Assembly (NCBI GenBank): GCA_963707915.1
Contig: OY970178.1
Coordinates: 736,001 to 800,000 of the forward strand
From: Candidatus Eiseniibacteriota bacterium
GTDB lineage: Bacteria; Eisenbacteria; RBG-16-71-46
Length of the DNA: 64,000 nucleotides
Reading direction: 5' to 3'
Below are positions 10,093-19,340 of the stretch, in pieces (positions within the stretch are counted from its first letter, which is position 1; each line of letters opens with the position of its first letter). Under the pieces are notes generated by a model. That model saw nothing but the letters and a program-made list of their open reading frames with translations, did no database searches and was not told the DNA's origin. The translations under genes and the position numbers were made by a program.

Positions 10093-11130
10093 ATGGCCCA
10101 CCGATTCCAGACCCCCGCCGGCTACCGCCCCGCACTGACCGCCCTCGAGACGGAGAAGGCGATCAAGGAGGTCAAGGACTTCTTCCAGGCCGCCCTGGCC
10201 CAGGCCCTGAACCTGCGCCGCGTGACGGCGCCGCTGTTCGTGGAGGCCGGCACCGGCATCAACGACGACCTGAACGGGGTGGAGCGCCCGGTCACGTTCA
10301 CCGTGAAGGACCTCGGGAACACGACGGTCGAGGTCGTGCAGTCGCTGGCCAAGTGGAAGCGGTTGGCCCTGGCCGACCTGGCGATCCCCGCGGGCGAAGG
10401 GATCTACACCGACATGAACGCCATCCGCCCGGACGAGACGCTGGACAACCTCCACTCCATCTACGTCGACCAGTGGGACTGGGAGCGCGTGGTGGTCGCC
10501 GGGGAGCGCAACCTCGACCTGCTGAAGGCGACGGTGCGGGACATCTACCGCGCCATCCGCCGCGCCGAGGCGTTCGTCGGCGAGCGCCATCCGGTCCTCG
10601 GCGCCAGCCTGCCCGAGGAGATCACGTTCGTGCACGCCGAGGAGCTCCAGGCGCGCTTCCCGCACCTGTCGCCCTCGGAGCGGGAGACGCAGGTCGTCCG
10701 CGAGCACGGGGCGGTCTTCGTGATCGGGATCGGCGCGCCGCTGGCCGACGGCAAGCCCCACGACGGCCGGGCCCCCGACTACGACGACTGGAGCACCCCC
10801 AACGGGCGCGGAAACGGCCTGAACGGGGACATCCTGCTCTGGTACCCGGTGCTGGACGCGGTCTTCGAGGTCTCCTCGATGGGCATCCGCGTGACCCCGG
10901 AGTCGCTGCGCCGGCAGCTCGCGATGTCCGGGCAGACCGCCCGCGAGGGCCTCTACTTCCACCGCCGCCTGCTCGCCGGCGAGCTGCCGCTCTCGATCGG
11001 TGGCGGCATCGGGCAGTCGCGGCTCTGCATGCTGCTCCTGAAGAAGGCGCACATCGGCGAGATCCAGGCCGGCATCTGGCCGGCCCGGATGCGCGCCGAG
11101 CACAAGGAGCGCGGCATCCTCCTGCTGTGA
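10093..11130 (+). CDS. asnA: Aspartate-ammonia ligase
   Basis: VQSLAKWKR, HSIYVDQWDWE, GRAPDYDDW, GGGIGQSR. Confidence 0.95.
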   Translation: MAHRFQTPAGYRPALTALETEKAIKEVKDFFQAALAQALNLRRVTAPLFVEAGTGINDDLNGVERPVTFTVKDLGNTTVEVVQSLAKWKRLALADLAIPAGEGIYTDMNAIRPDETLDNLHSIYVDQWDWERVVVAGERNLDLLKATVRDIYRAIRRAEAFVGERHPVLGASLPEEITFVHAEELQARFPHLSPSERETQVVREHGAVFVIGIGAPLADGKPHDGRAPDYDDWSTPNGRGNGLNGDILLWYPVLDAVFEVSSMGIRVTPESLRRQLAMSGQTAREGLYFHRRLLAGELPLSIGGGIGQSRLCMLLLKKAHIGEIQAGIWPARMRAEHKERGILLL

Positions 11131-11277
11131 GCCCGCCCCCGCGCCGGGTGGTGGCCGGGGTCGGGGTCCCGGGCCTTCGGCGCGCAGTTGGAAGTCGCCG
11201 CCGCTGCGCGTAGGCTCGGCGCGGCGCGGCGGGAGACCCGCGGCGGTTCGTCGGAACCTGGGAACGGGAGGGACTCG

Positions 11278-11694
11278 ATGAGACTCGGGAGCGTTTGCCT
11301 GGTGGCGGCCGCGATCACGGTGCTGGCGTGCGGCGAGGCGGCCGCGGTCAAGCGAGCGGCCCAGGCCCGGCCGGCCGTCCAGGGCGCATGGGAACTGGTG
11401 TGGCCGGAGAAGACCGGCCACGAGCGGCAGATCAAGCTCATCACGCCCACGCATTTCACCTGGACCTGCTGGGACACGGAGACCCGCCTCGTGCTGGCGA
11501 GCGGCGGCGGCGGCTACACGCTGGTGGGGGACGGCTACTGCGAGCAGCTGCTCTTCGCCCAGGGTTACGCGGAGCACCTCGGCGGACAGGTCCTGTGCTT
11601 CCAGGTGAAGGTCAAGGGCGACACGCTGTTCCAGTTGAGCCCCCCCGGCGAGGACGGCATGCGCTCGCGCGAGGTGTGGAAGCGGATCCGCTGA
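11278..11694 (+). CDS. Exported hypothetical protein (small beta-barrel/lipocalin-like)
   Basis: Signal peptide, GAWELV near the N-terminus, EVWKRI at the C-terminus. Confidence 0.6.
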   Translation: MRLGSVCLVAAAITVLACGEAAAVKRAAQARPAVQGAWELVWPEKTGHERQIKLITPTHFTWTCWDTETRLVLASGGGGYTLVGDGYCEQLLFAQGYAEHLGGQVLCFQVKVKGDTLFQLSPPGEDGMRSREVWKRIR

Positions 11695-12038
11695 CGCATG
11701 GATCCGCGGCGCCGTCAGGGAGGCGGGAGGAGAGGGCCGGCGGTGCCGTCCAAGGCGATCCCATGCGACGGGCATCCCCGGGCGCTCCCGCCTCACCCGT
11801 CGTCGATGCTCCACACCCGCCGGGCTCCCGCCGGCCGCGTCGGCCCCGGTGGCGCCGCAATCGCCGCAGCGGCCACGCACCGTCCCTCTGGCACGCGTGA
11901 TGCTGTAGCCCGGCGTGGGGTGGGGGGTGTGCGGCTCGGCATGCACCAGAGCATGACAGCCTCTCCGGGCCAGCCCCACCCGCCTCACCTGGCCGACGAC
12001 ACTTCACGCGGCTCCCTGGACTCACCCGCCGAGAGGGA

Positions 12039-12923
12039 ATGGACACCATGCGCAGACCGATCACGCTCGCCATGGCCGCGGCCATCGTGCTGCTGGCCGG
12101 GGCCGCCGGCCTCTTCTTCACCAAGTACATGACCACCAAGTACGAGTACAACGACGTGAAGAACGCCGAGGAGTCGGCCCGCTCGCAGTACGCCGACGCG
12201 TTCAGCGCCATCGCGGAGATCCAGGACAGCCTCAACGCGATCGCCATCGGCGACCGCGGCCTCCCGATGGTCTCGGACGGGCTCCGGGCCGAGCAGCGCC
12301 TGACGCAGCCCAACAAGCGCGAGGCCCTCGAACGCATCGCCATGCTCAACGCGGGCGTCGAGCGCACCAAGGAGAAGATCCGGCGCCTCGAGGGGACCCT
12401 CCATCGGAAGAACCTCCGCCTGGACGGCCTCGAGAAGCTGATCGCCACCCTCAAGCGCGACCTCTCCGGCAAGGAGATGCTGATCGCGCAGCTCTCGGGC
12501 AGCGTGGACTCCCTGCAGACCGAGGTCACCGGGCTGCAGGGCACGGTCGTGGCGAACCAGACCGCGATGCGGGTGCAGGAGCAGACCATCGAGGAGAAGC
12601 GGCACGAGCTCGCCACCGTCGAGGTCATCGTCGGGACCAAGAAGGACCTGACGTCGTCCGGCGTCATCACGGCCAGGGGCGGCGCGCTGGGCCTGGGTCG
12701 AACCCTGGTCCTCTCCGGCCGCTTCGACCAGGGCCGCTCCACCCCGCTCGACACCGACCAGGAGACCATCGTCCGGGTCCCGGCCGCGAAGGTGGAGATC
12801 CTGAGTCCTCAGCCCGCCTCGAGCTTCACGGTGCAGGCGGTCGGCGGCCAGACCGAGATCCGCATTCTCGACCCGATGGAGTTCCGGAAGGTCAGGCACC
12901 TCGTCATCATGACGAAGGCCTAG
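12039..12923 (+). CDS. Membrane-anchored coiled-coil hypothetical protein
   Basis: N-terminal TM helix, long heptad region, GTKKDL C-terminal domain. Its TAG stop lies in the IS481 target site. Confidence 0.7.
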   Translation: MDTMRRPITLAMAAAIVLLAGAAGLFFTKYMTTKYEYNDVKNAEESARSQYADAFSAIAEIQDSLNAIAIGDRGLPMVSDGLRAEQRLTQPNKREALERIAMLNAGVERTKEKIRRLEGTLHRKNLRLDGLEKLIATLKRDLSGKEMLIAQLSGSVDSLQTEVTGLQGTVVANQTAMRVQEQTIEEKRHELATVEVIVGTKKDLTSSGVITARGGALGLGRTLVLSGRFDQGRSTPLDTDQETIVRVPAAKVEILSPQPASSFTVQAVGGQTEIRILDPMEFRKVRHLVIMTKA

Positions 12924-12924
12924 G

Positions 12925-13985
12925 TGTGGAGTCTCAGGACGTTGTTCTCACCCGGGGTCGCAACCGACTGAAGGGTGGTAGGCCGTCCAGACTACCGTGT
13001 GGACGTCTCTGGTTGTAGTAGCGAAGCCAGCGGGGCAGGACGCGGGCCCGGACCTCGGAGGTCAGGTAGGCGGCCCCGTAGGCCCACTCGCGGATCAGGG
13101 TCTGGATGAAGCGCTCGGCCTTGCCGTTCGTCCTCGGGCGGTAGGGCCGCGTACGTTTGTGGACCAAGCGCAGCCGTTCCACCTCGTGAGCAAAGCAGCG
13201 CGCGAGGTAGCCCGAGCCGTTGTCACTGAGGATTCGGCGGATGCGGATGCCCAAGGTGCGGAACCAGGCCACAGCACGACGCAGGAACGCTGCCGAGGTC
13301 ACGCCGGTCTCGTCCCGCAGCACCTCGGCATAGGCGATCCGGCTGCGGTCGTCGATGGCGACGTGCACGTAGTCCCAGCCCACCCGATGACCCCGTCGCC
13401 GGCGGTCTCCGGTGATGCGGTGACCGTAGAAGCCACTGATCCGCCCCAGTTTCTTGACGTCGAAGTGGAGCAGGTCCCCCGGGCGACGATGCTGGTAGCG
13501 GTTCGCGGGCTCCTGCGGCTCGAGCTTCTGGAGCCGTTCCAGCCCGGCGCGTTTGAGCACCCGCGCCACCGTTGCCCGCGGACGCTTCAGGTCCCGGGCG
13601 ATCTGCGGCCCGGTCATCCTCGTGCGCCGCAGCAGCAGGATCATCTCCCGCCATTCGATCGGGGTCGCGTGGGGGTGGCGCCGAGGCCGCGAGCTGCGGT
13701 CCTGCAGGCTGGCCGAGTCCTCGGCCTGGTAGCGGCCCAGCCACTTGTGGGCCGTCCGGCGGCTGATCCCTGCGGCCGTGGCCGCTCGGGTCACGCTCCA
13801 GCCCGACTCCCGTACCCGGCCAACAAGCAGTGCTCGACTGGCAGGGCAGGTCCGTGCTCCACTGTGGAGGTTCATCCGGGGTTCCTCGCTGGTCAGACGT
13901 TGACGGCTTCGAACACCACCAACATCTGTCAGAAGGACCCCGGTTGAACAGTCTCAACCTGTGAACAACCTAGTGAGACTCCACA
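12925..13985 (-). mobile_element. Complete IS481-family insertion sequence
   Basis: Terminal IRs TGTGGAGTCTCA / TGAGACTCCACA; 6-bp duplication CCTAGG at 12919-12924 and 13986-13991. Confidence 0.95.
12934..13875 (-). CDS. IS481-family DDE transposase
   Basis: HTH N-terminus, LHFDVKKLGRI, AIDDRSR, SDNGS, PRTNGKAERFIQT. Confidence 0.95.
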   Translation of the reverse strand: MNLHSGARTCPASRALLVGRVRESGWSVTRAATAAGISRRTAHKWLGRYQAEDSASLQDRSSRPRRHPHATPIEWREMILLLRRTRMTGPQIARDLKRPRATVARVLKRAGLERLQKLEPQEPANRYQHRRPGDLLHFDVKKLGRISGFYGHRITGDRRRRGHRVGWDYVHVAIDDRSRIAYAEVLRDETGVTSAAFLRRAVAWFRTLGIRIRRILSDNGSGYLARCFAHEVERLRLVHKRTRPYRPRTNGKAERFIQTLIREWAYGAAYLTSEVRARVLPRWLRYYNQRRPHGSLDGLPPFSRLRPRVRTTS

Positions 13986-14066
13986 CCTAGGCGTCCGACG
14001 CCCCGCCCTGGACCCGCGCGGCACCACCCCGCCGCGCGGTCCAGGCGCCGGGGGCCGTGCCCTGGT

Positions 14067-15872
14067 CTAGGCCGTCTCGCCGGGCCCCGCCACCTTCAGC
14101 CACGAGAACCACAGCGGGTGGTGCCGCTTGTACCAGCGCAGCACCTCGAGCAGCACCTTCTGCTGCTCGGGCGGGATCACCTCGGGCGGGATGCGATCGA
14201 AGTGGATGCGCATCTGCTGCTGGTCCAGGTACTCGATCGCCTCGGAGCACAGCGTCTGGAGCTCGTTGCGGATCCGGCCCGAGTCGGAGATCTTCACCGG
14301 CCGGGTGCGGAAGTCCTCGCCGTAGATGAAGCGGGTGAGCAGCGGGTTGAACACCAGCCGCGACACCCGGCGGTCCTCCATCAGGCGCAGGGTGAACAGC
14401 AGGCGCTTGTCGCCACGCGCCGTCGCCAGCCGCACCCCCACGCGGTAGGTGCCCGGCGCCGTCTCCACGACGCCCGCGGCGCCGGAGTAGGGGTCGTCGC
14501 GCATGTAGCCGGAGAGCGCCACGACCTCCCAGCGCTTCTCGGGGAAGAAGTCGTCGGCGCCGATGACCGGCTTCTCGAGCGGGATCCCCGAGTCGCGGGC
14601 CTCGAGGATCAACCCGCGGTAGGCGGTCTGCCCGGCCTCGTCCACCGGATGCCCCAGCCGCGCGGCCAGCCGCCCGGCGAAGTCCGGGCCCTCCGGGTCG
14701 AGGTGCATGATGTGCTGTTCGGATTCGTAGGGCAGCTCGAACCTCGACGTGAACACCGCCAGCGAGGCCTCGAGGCCCAGCATCGGCGCCAGGCTCGCCG
14801 CCTGCATCGCCTCGGCCGACGCCGCGTAGCCGTCGCACAGGAAGAGGTGCGACTGGCCGTCGCCGTCGGTCCACGCGCCGATCCGGTAGGTCGGGGCGTA
14901 GGTGCCGGACTCGTTGAAGGCCTTCATCCCCGAGGGCAGCACCCAGCCGTCCTCGACCACGTGCGCGCCGGCCGCCCGCCACTCGTCCCAGAGCTTCCCG
15001 ATGCGCACCTCGCGGCTCTTCCCGCCCAGGGTCCAGACGTGGACGTTCCCGCGCTGCAGCCCGGGATAGGCCGCCTCGATGACCTCCATGACCCGCCCCC
15101 GCGGCGTACGGTAGTCGATCAACAGCGACTGCTCGGCGGCCTTCTCGACGACGACGCGGGGGAGGAACAGGTTCCCGACGTAGCCTTCGTAGGGGCGCCT
15201 CATCCGCAGCGGCTGGTCGAACAGGTGCAGCACCGTCAGCGGCCCGGTGAGCTCGCCCTTCGCGAAGCGGGAGGTGTTCTCCAGCGTGTCGATGGCGGCG
15301 CCCCAGATGGTGATGCCGGCCGCCTTCACCTCGCGGTAGAAGGTGTCCCAGCCGTACTCCGGGAAGTTCAGCATCCGCGTGACCCGCTGCTCGAGCCAGC
15401 GCGCCACCTGCGGCCGGGCGTAGATGCGGCCGTAGCCGAGCTGGGGGTTGGAGCCCATCTCGGGCGTCTCCCCGGCCTTGGGCATGAGGCCCTCGCCCAG
15501 GCACACCATGATCGCGTGGTTCTCCGGCAGGTGCCGCGAGGCGAACCACAGGCCCTCGCTCATGGCGTAGGCGGAGATCGCGTCGGCGTCCTTCTTGACC
15601 TGGTTGAGCCCGGTCTTGTCCTTGCCCTGGCCCTCGCCGAAGCGGCCGAAGAGCTGGGTGCCCAGCGCGGTGACCGCCACCGTCATGGCCATCAGCCGCT
15701 CCATGCGGCCGTCCAGGAAGGAGATCTCGCCGGTGAACTCGGCCACGGGCTCGCCCCGGATCCACTCCACCGAGACGTCCTCGAGCCACAGGTGCAATCG
15801 ACCCAGGATGGGACGGGTGTCGAAGGCCCACTGCGCGATCCGGTCCCGCTTGAGTCGATCCGCCTCGCTCAT
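14067..15872 (-). CDS. Hypothetical protein with a divergent GlpX (class II FBPase)-like core
   Basis: KKDADAISAYAM, VCLGEG and AIDTLENT..AKG resemble the GlpX motifs KNAADGAAV.AM, VIGEG and AVDPLEGT..AKG. Confidence 0.55.
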   Translation of the reverse strand: MSEADRLKRDRIAQWAFDTRPILGRLHLWLEDVSVEWIRGEPVAEFTGEISFLDGRMERLMAMTVAVTALGTQLFGRFGEGQGKDKTGLNQVKKDADAISAYAMSEGLWFASRHLPENHAIMVCLGEGLMPKAGETPEMGSNPQLGYGRIYARPQVARWLEQRVTRMLNFPEYGWDTFYREVKAAGITIWGAAIDTLENTSRFAKGELTGPLTVLHLFDQPLRMRRPYEGYVGNLFLPRVVVEKAAEQSLLIDYRTPRGRVMEVIEAAYPGLQRGNVHVWTLGGKSREVRIGKLWDEWRAAGAHVVEDGWVLPSGMKAFNESGTYAPTYRIGAWTDGDGQSHLFLCDGYAASAEAMQAASLAPMLGLEASLAVFTSRFELPYESEQHIMHLDPEGPDFAGRLAARLGHPVDEAGQTAYRGLILEARDSGIPLEKPVIGADDFFPEKRWEVVALSGYMRDDPYSGAAGVVETAPGTYRVGVRLATARGDKRLLFTLRLMEDRRVSRLVFNPLLTRFIYGEDFRTRPVKISDSGRIRNELQTLCSEAIEYLDQQQMRIHFDRIPPEVIPPEQQKVLLEVLRWYKRHHPLWFSWLKVAGPGETA

Positions 15873-16098
15873 GACGCGTCCCTTTCCGGCGGGTTCGCCC
15901 CGACCGCTTGCATCCCGTCCCTGGCCCCGTCCACGCCGTCCCGGGAGCCGCCCGCGCGGGCCCGCTCCCGGTGGGGCACCCACCGAAGCCACCGCAGGCT
16001 AGCAGGACCGCGAAAGCCGGGGCAAGGACGACCGGATCGCGGACATCGCGCGTGGACGCGGCCCGCGCGCCCCTGCAGGACGAGAGGCGAGACGGAAC

Positions 16099-16755
16099 TC
16101 AGCGAGTCGAGCCTGGCCCGCCGTTCCAGCGCGGCGCGGGGAGGATGAACTCGCGTGCGACGTTCCACCCGGCGTTGAGGAGCAGGCTGTACGCCCCGCT
16201 CAGGAGGCCATCGGCGTACGTATACCGTGCCGGGTAGAGCGTGGTCGTCGTCACCACCGGCCCCACGAAGGGCGCGAGCGTCTTGCCGGGGGAGAAGCGC
16301 GCGGCCCCGCTCCGGTCGCGCGCCATGACCGTCATCGACGCCGCATGCCACAGGCGCGGGCCGAAACCGTCACGCGGGGAGCGGTAGTACTGCGCGTCCT
16401 GCCGCATCGCCGCCATGCTGAGCGAAAGCGAGGTCTCGCTCACGAAGGTCGTGAGCGAACCTGCACCGAAGCGCCGCCCGAAGCCCCGTCCGTCGGTGTC
16501 CCACTCGGCGGGCTCGTCCGTCACCCAGTGCCGCCACGAAGCGCCGACGAGATTGCCGGCGATCGCGGACGGGCCGACGGCATTGCTCGCCCACGCGCGG
16601 AACTGCACCCGCGGGGAGGGGAAGACGTACCCGGCGGGATCCGTGGCCCGCAGCGAGGACGAGTCGGGCGCCGCCGGCGCCACGCCGAGCGCGCGGCCGG
16701 GCATCAGGGCCCCTGCAAGCACTGCGATCACGACGGTCCACCGCGGCCACGCCAT
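16099..16755 (-). CDS. Exported hypothetical protein
   Basis: Signal peptide MAWPRWTVVIAVLAG; PAEW..DGRGFGRRF and QDAQYY motifs. Confidence 0.6.
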   Translation of the reverse strand: MAWPRWTVVIAVLAGALMPGRALGVAPAAPDSSSLRATDPAGYVFPSPRVQFRAWASNAVGPSAIAGNLVGASWRHWVTDEPAEWDTDGRGFGRRFGAGSLTTFVSETSLSLSMAAMRQDAQYYRSPRDGFGPRLWHAASMTVMARDRSGAARFSPGKTLAPFVGPVVTTTTLYPARYTYADGLLSGAYSLLLNAGWNVAREFILPAPRWNGGPGSTR

Positions 16756-17080
16756 CGCCGACTCCTCGCGCGTCCCTCGCCGGGTCGGCGGGGAGGTCCG
16801 TGCCCCGCGCCCGACCGGCACTGCGGGAGCATCTTCGCGCATCGGCTCCCGAGTGCCAAGCGGCCATCCCGGGTCGAGCTCCGTCGGAGCCTGTCCGGGA
16901 CCCGTGCAGCTTCCGGATTGAACTCGCTCCGGCGCGGGTGCTAGCCTCCGCACGGTTCTGGATGCAACCTCGTGCCACCTCAACGTCGCGGGCGCGGGGG
17001 AGTGGTTGTCGTGTGCCGCGGCCGCGCCTCGACCCACCGCGCAGCGATGCGCCGCCGCGATCACCTGGGATGGCGGATCC

Positions 17081-19339
17081 ATGATGACCGCACGCATCGT
17101 GATGCCGTTGCTGCTCCGGCTGCTCTGCGCCGTGGCGATCGTGGCGCCTCCGTTGGCCCACCCGGACGACGCCGGAGCCGTCCCACCGGACCGGCCCCGC
17201 ATCGGACTGGCGCTCAGCGGCGGCGGCGCCCGTGGCGCGGCCCACATCGGCGTGCTGAAGGTGCTCGAGCGGCACCGCATCCCGGTCGATCTCATCGCCG
17301 GCACCAGCATGGGCGCGCTGGTCGGCGGGCTCTACGCCTCCGGGCTTTCGCCCGCCCAGCTCGACAGCGTCGTCTCGGAGACCGACTGGGCGGAGGCGTT
17401 CGCGGACAACATCCCCCGGGGCGAACGCTCGTTCCGCCGCAAGCGCGACGACGACCTCTACCTCGTCAAGCACAAGCCCGGGTTCCGCGGCGGGCAACTG
17501 CTCCTGCCGCCCGGCATCCTCGACGGCCATCGCATCGACCTGCTGCTCAAGCGGCTGTCCCTGCCGGTCACCTCGGTGCGCGACTTCGACCAGCTCAGCA
17601 TCCCGTACCGCGCCGTCGCCGCCGACATCGTGACCGGCGAGGCGGTGGTGCTCGACCACGGCGACCTGGCGCTCGCCATGCGCGCCAGCATGTCCATCCC
17701 CGTCGCCTTCGCGCCCCGGGAGATCGACGGCCGCCTGCTGGTGGACGGCGGCATCGTGAACAACTTCCCCATCGACGTCGTGCGCCGGATGGGGGCGGAC
17801 GTCATCATCGCGGTGGACATCGCCACGCCGCCCACGGACCGCGAGCACCTCTACTCGCTGCCCGCCATCTCCGGCCAGCTCGCCACGCTCGGCTCGGAGC
17901 AGAACAAGCGGCAGCAGATCGCCTCGCTGGCCGAGGGTGACGTGTTCATCCGGCCCGAGCTCGGCTCGATCACGGTGGCGTCCTTCGACCGCGCCGCCGA
18001 GGCCGTGCCGATCGGCGAACGCGCGGCCGAGGCCGTGCTGGGCCGCCTCGAGCGCCTCGCCCTCCCGCCCGACGAGTACGCCGCGTACCGCGACCGCCGG
18101 GCGGAACGCGCCGCGCACGGACCGCCCCCCACCCTCGCCGCGACCGTGTTCGTCAACCGTTCCCGGCTGGCCGACGAGGTCATCGCCGATCGCCTCGAGG
18201 CGCCGCCCGGCGGGCCCGTCCGCGTCGCGCGCATCGAGGAGGGGTTGAACCAGATCTACGGGCTCGAGCTGTTCGAGTCGGTGTACTACGACATCGCCCC
18301 CACGCCCCGCGGCGACGTGATGACCGTCACCGCCCGCGAGCGCGCCTGGGGCCCCAACTACGTGCAGGGCGGCATCGCGGTGTTCGAGGACTTCGAGGGC
18401 CCGAACTTCAATCTCGCCGTGGCCTACAGCCGCACCGCGGTCAACCGCCTGAACGGGGAGTGGCGCACCGGCGTGCAGGTGGGGCAGGAGCCCACCGCGT
18501 GGACCGAGTTCTACCAGCCGCTCGACACCGGCCTGCGCAAGTTCGTCCATCTCGACGTGCTGGCGGCGGAGCGGACGATGAACCTGTTCGACCCGCGCGG
18601 CCACAAGCTCTCCGAGCTCGGCATCACGCGCTTCGGCGCCACGCTGGCCGCCGGGAGGGAGATCGGGACGTGGGGCGAGCTGCGATTCGGCGTGGTGCGC
18701 GAAGGCGGCGTCATCCGCGTCCAGGTGGGCGACCCCGCGCGCCCGGAGAGCCGCTACGACACCGGCGAAGCGTTCGCCCAGTACTTCGTCGACAAGCTCG
18801 ACGAGCTCGCATTCCCTCATCGGGGCGCGAGCCTGCGGGCGCGCGTCTCGGCCGGGCGCGATGCGCTCGGCTCCACCGTGAACTACGAGCAGGCCAGCCT
18901 CGAGGGCTCGCTGGCCGCCACGCGGGGCCTGCTCACCGGCGGGTTGGGCGCGCTGTTCGGCACCACGCTGGAGAGCGACGCGCCGCTCGAGAAGCGCTTC
19001 GTCCTCGGCGGCCTCGGCCAGCTGTCCGGGCTCGAACAGGACGAGTTGATCGGACAGCACGCGCTGATGCTGCGCGCGACGCTCTACCGCCGCCTCACGC
19101 GTTCGCAGGTGGTCCGCGCCTACGCGGGGCTCTCGGCCGAGTACGGGAACGTGTTCCAGTCGCGGTCGGCCATCGGCCTCGAGCACGGGATATCGACCGG
19201 CAGCGTGTTCCTCGGTTTCGAGACGCTGCTCGGCCCCCTTTGCCTGGCCTACGGCCGGGCCGAGGGCGGTCGCAGCAACTACTACCTCACCCTGGGCCAG
19301 CCGGTCGGCGGCCGGCGGCCCGGATTCGGGGCCCGCTGA
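17081..19339 (+). CDS. Patatin-like phospholipase with POTRA and beta-barrel domains (PlpD/type Vd-like)
   Basis: LSGGGARGAAHIG, GTSMG, DGG; barrel-type C-terminus NYYLTLG. Confidence 0.88.
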   Translation: MMTARIVMPLLLRLLCAVAIVAPPLAHPDDAGAVPPDRPRIGLALSGGGARGAAHIGVLKVLERHRIPVDLIAGTSMGALVGGLYASGLSPAQLDSVVSETDWAEAFADNIPRGERSFRRKRDDDLYLVKHKPGFRGGQLLLPPGILDGHRIDLLLKRLSLPVTSVRDFDQLSIPYRAVAADIVTGEAVVLDHGDLALAMRASMSIPVAFAPREIDGRLLVDGGIVNNFPIDVVRRMGADVIIAVDIATPPTDREHLYSLPAISGQLATLGSEQNKRQQIASLAEGDVFIRPELGSITVASFDRAAEAVPIGERAAEAVLGRLERLALPPDEYAAYRDRRAERAAHGPPPTLAATVFVNRSRLADEVIADRLEAPPGGPVRVARIEEGLNQIYGLELFESVYYDIAPTPRGDVMTVTARERAWGPNYVQGGIAVFEDFEGPNFNLAVAYSRTAVNRLNGEWRTGVQVGQEPTAWTEFYQPLDTGLRKFVHLDVLAAERTMNLFDPRGHKLSELGITRFGATLAAGREIGTWGELRFGVVREGGVIRVQVGDPARPESRYDTGEAFAQYFVDKLDELAFPHRGASLRARVSAGRDALGSTVNYEQASLEGSLAATRGLLTGGLGALFGTTLESDAPLEKRFVLGGLGQLSGLEQDELIGQHALMLRATLYRRLTRSQVVRAYAGLSAEYGNVFQSRSAIGLEHGISTGSVFLGFETLLGPLCLAYGRAEGGRSNYYLTLGQPVGGRRPGFGAR

Positions 19340-19340
19340 G

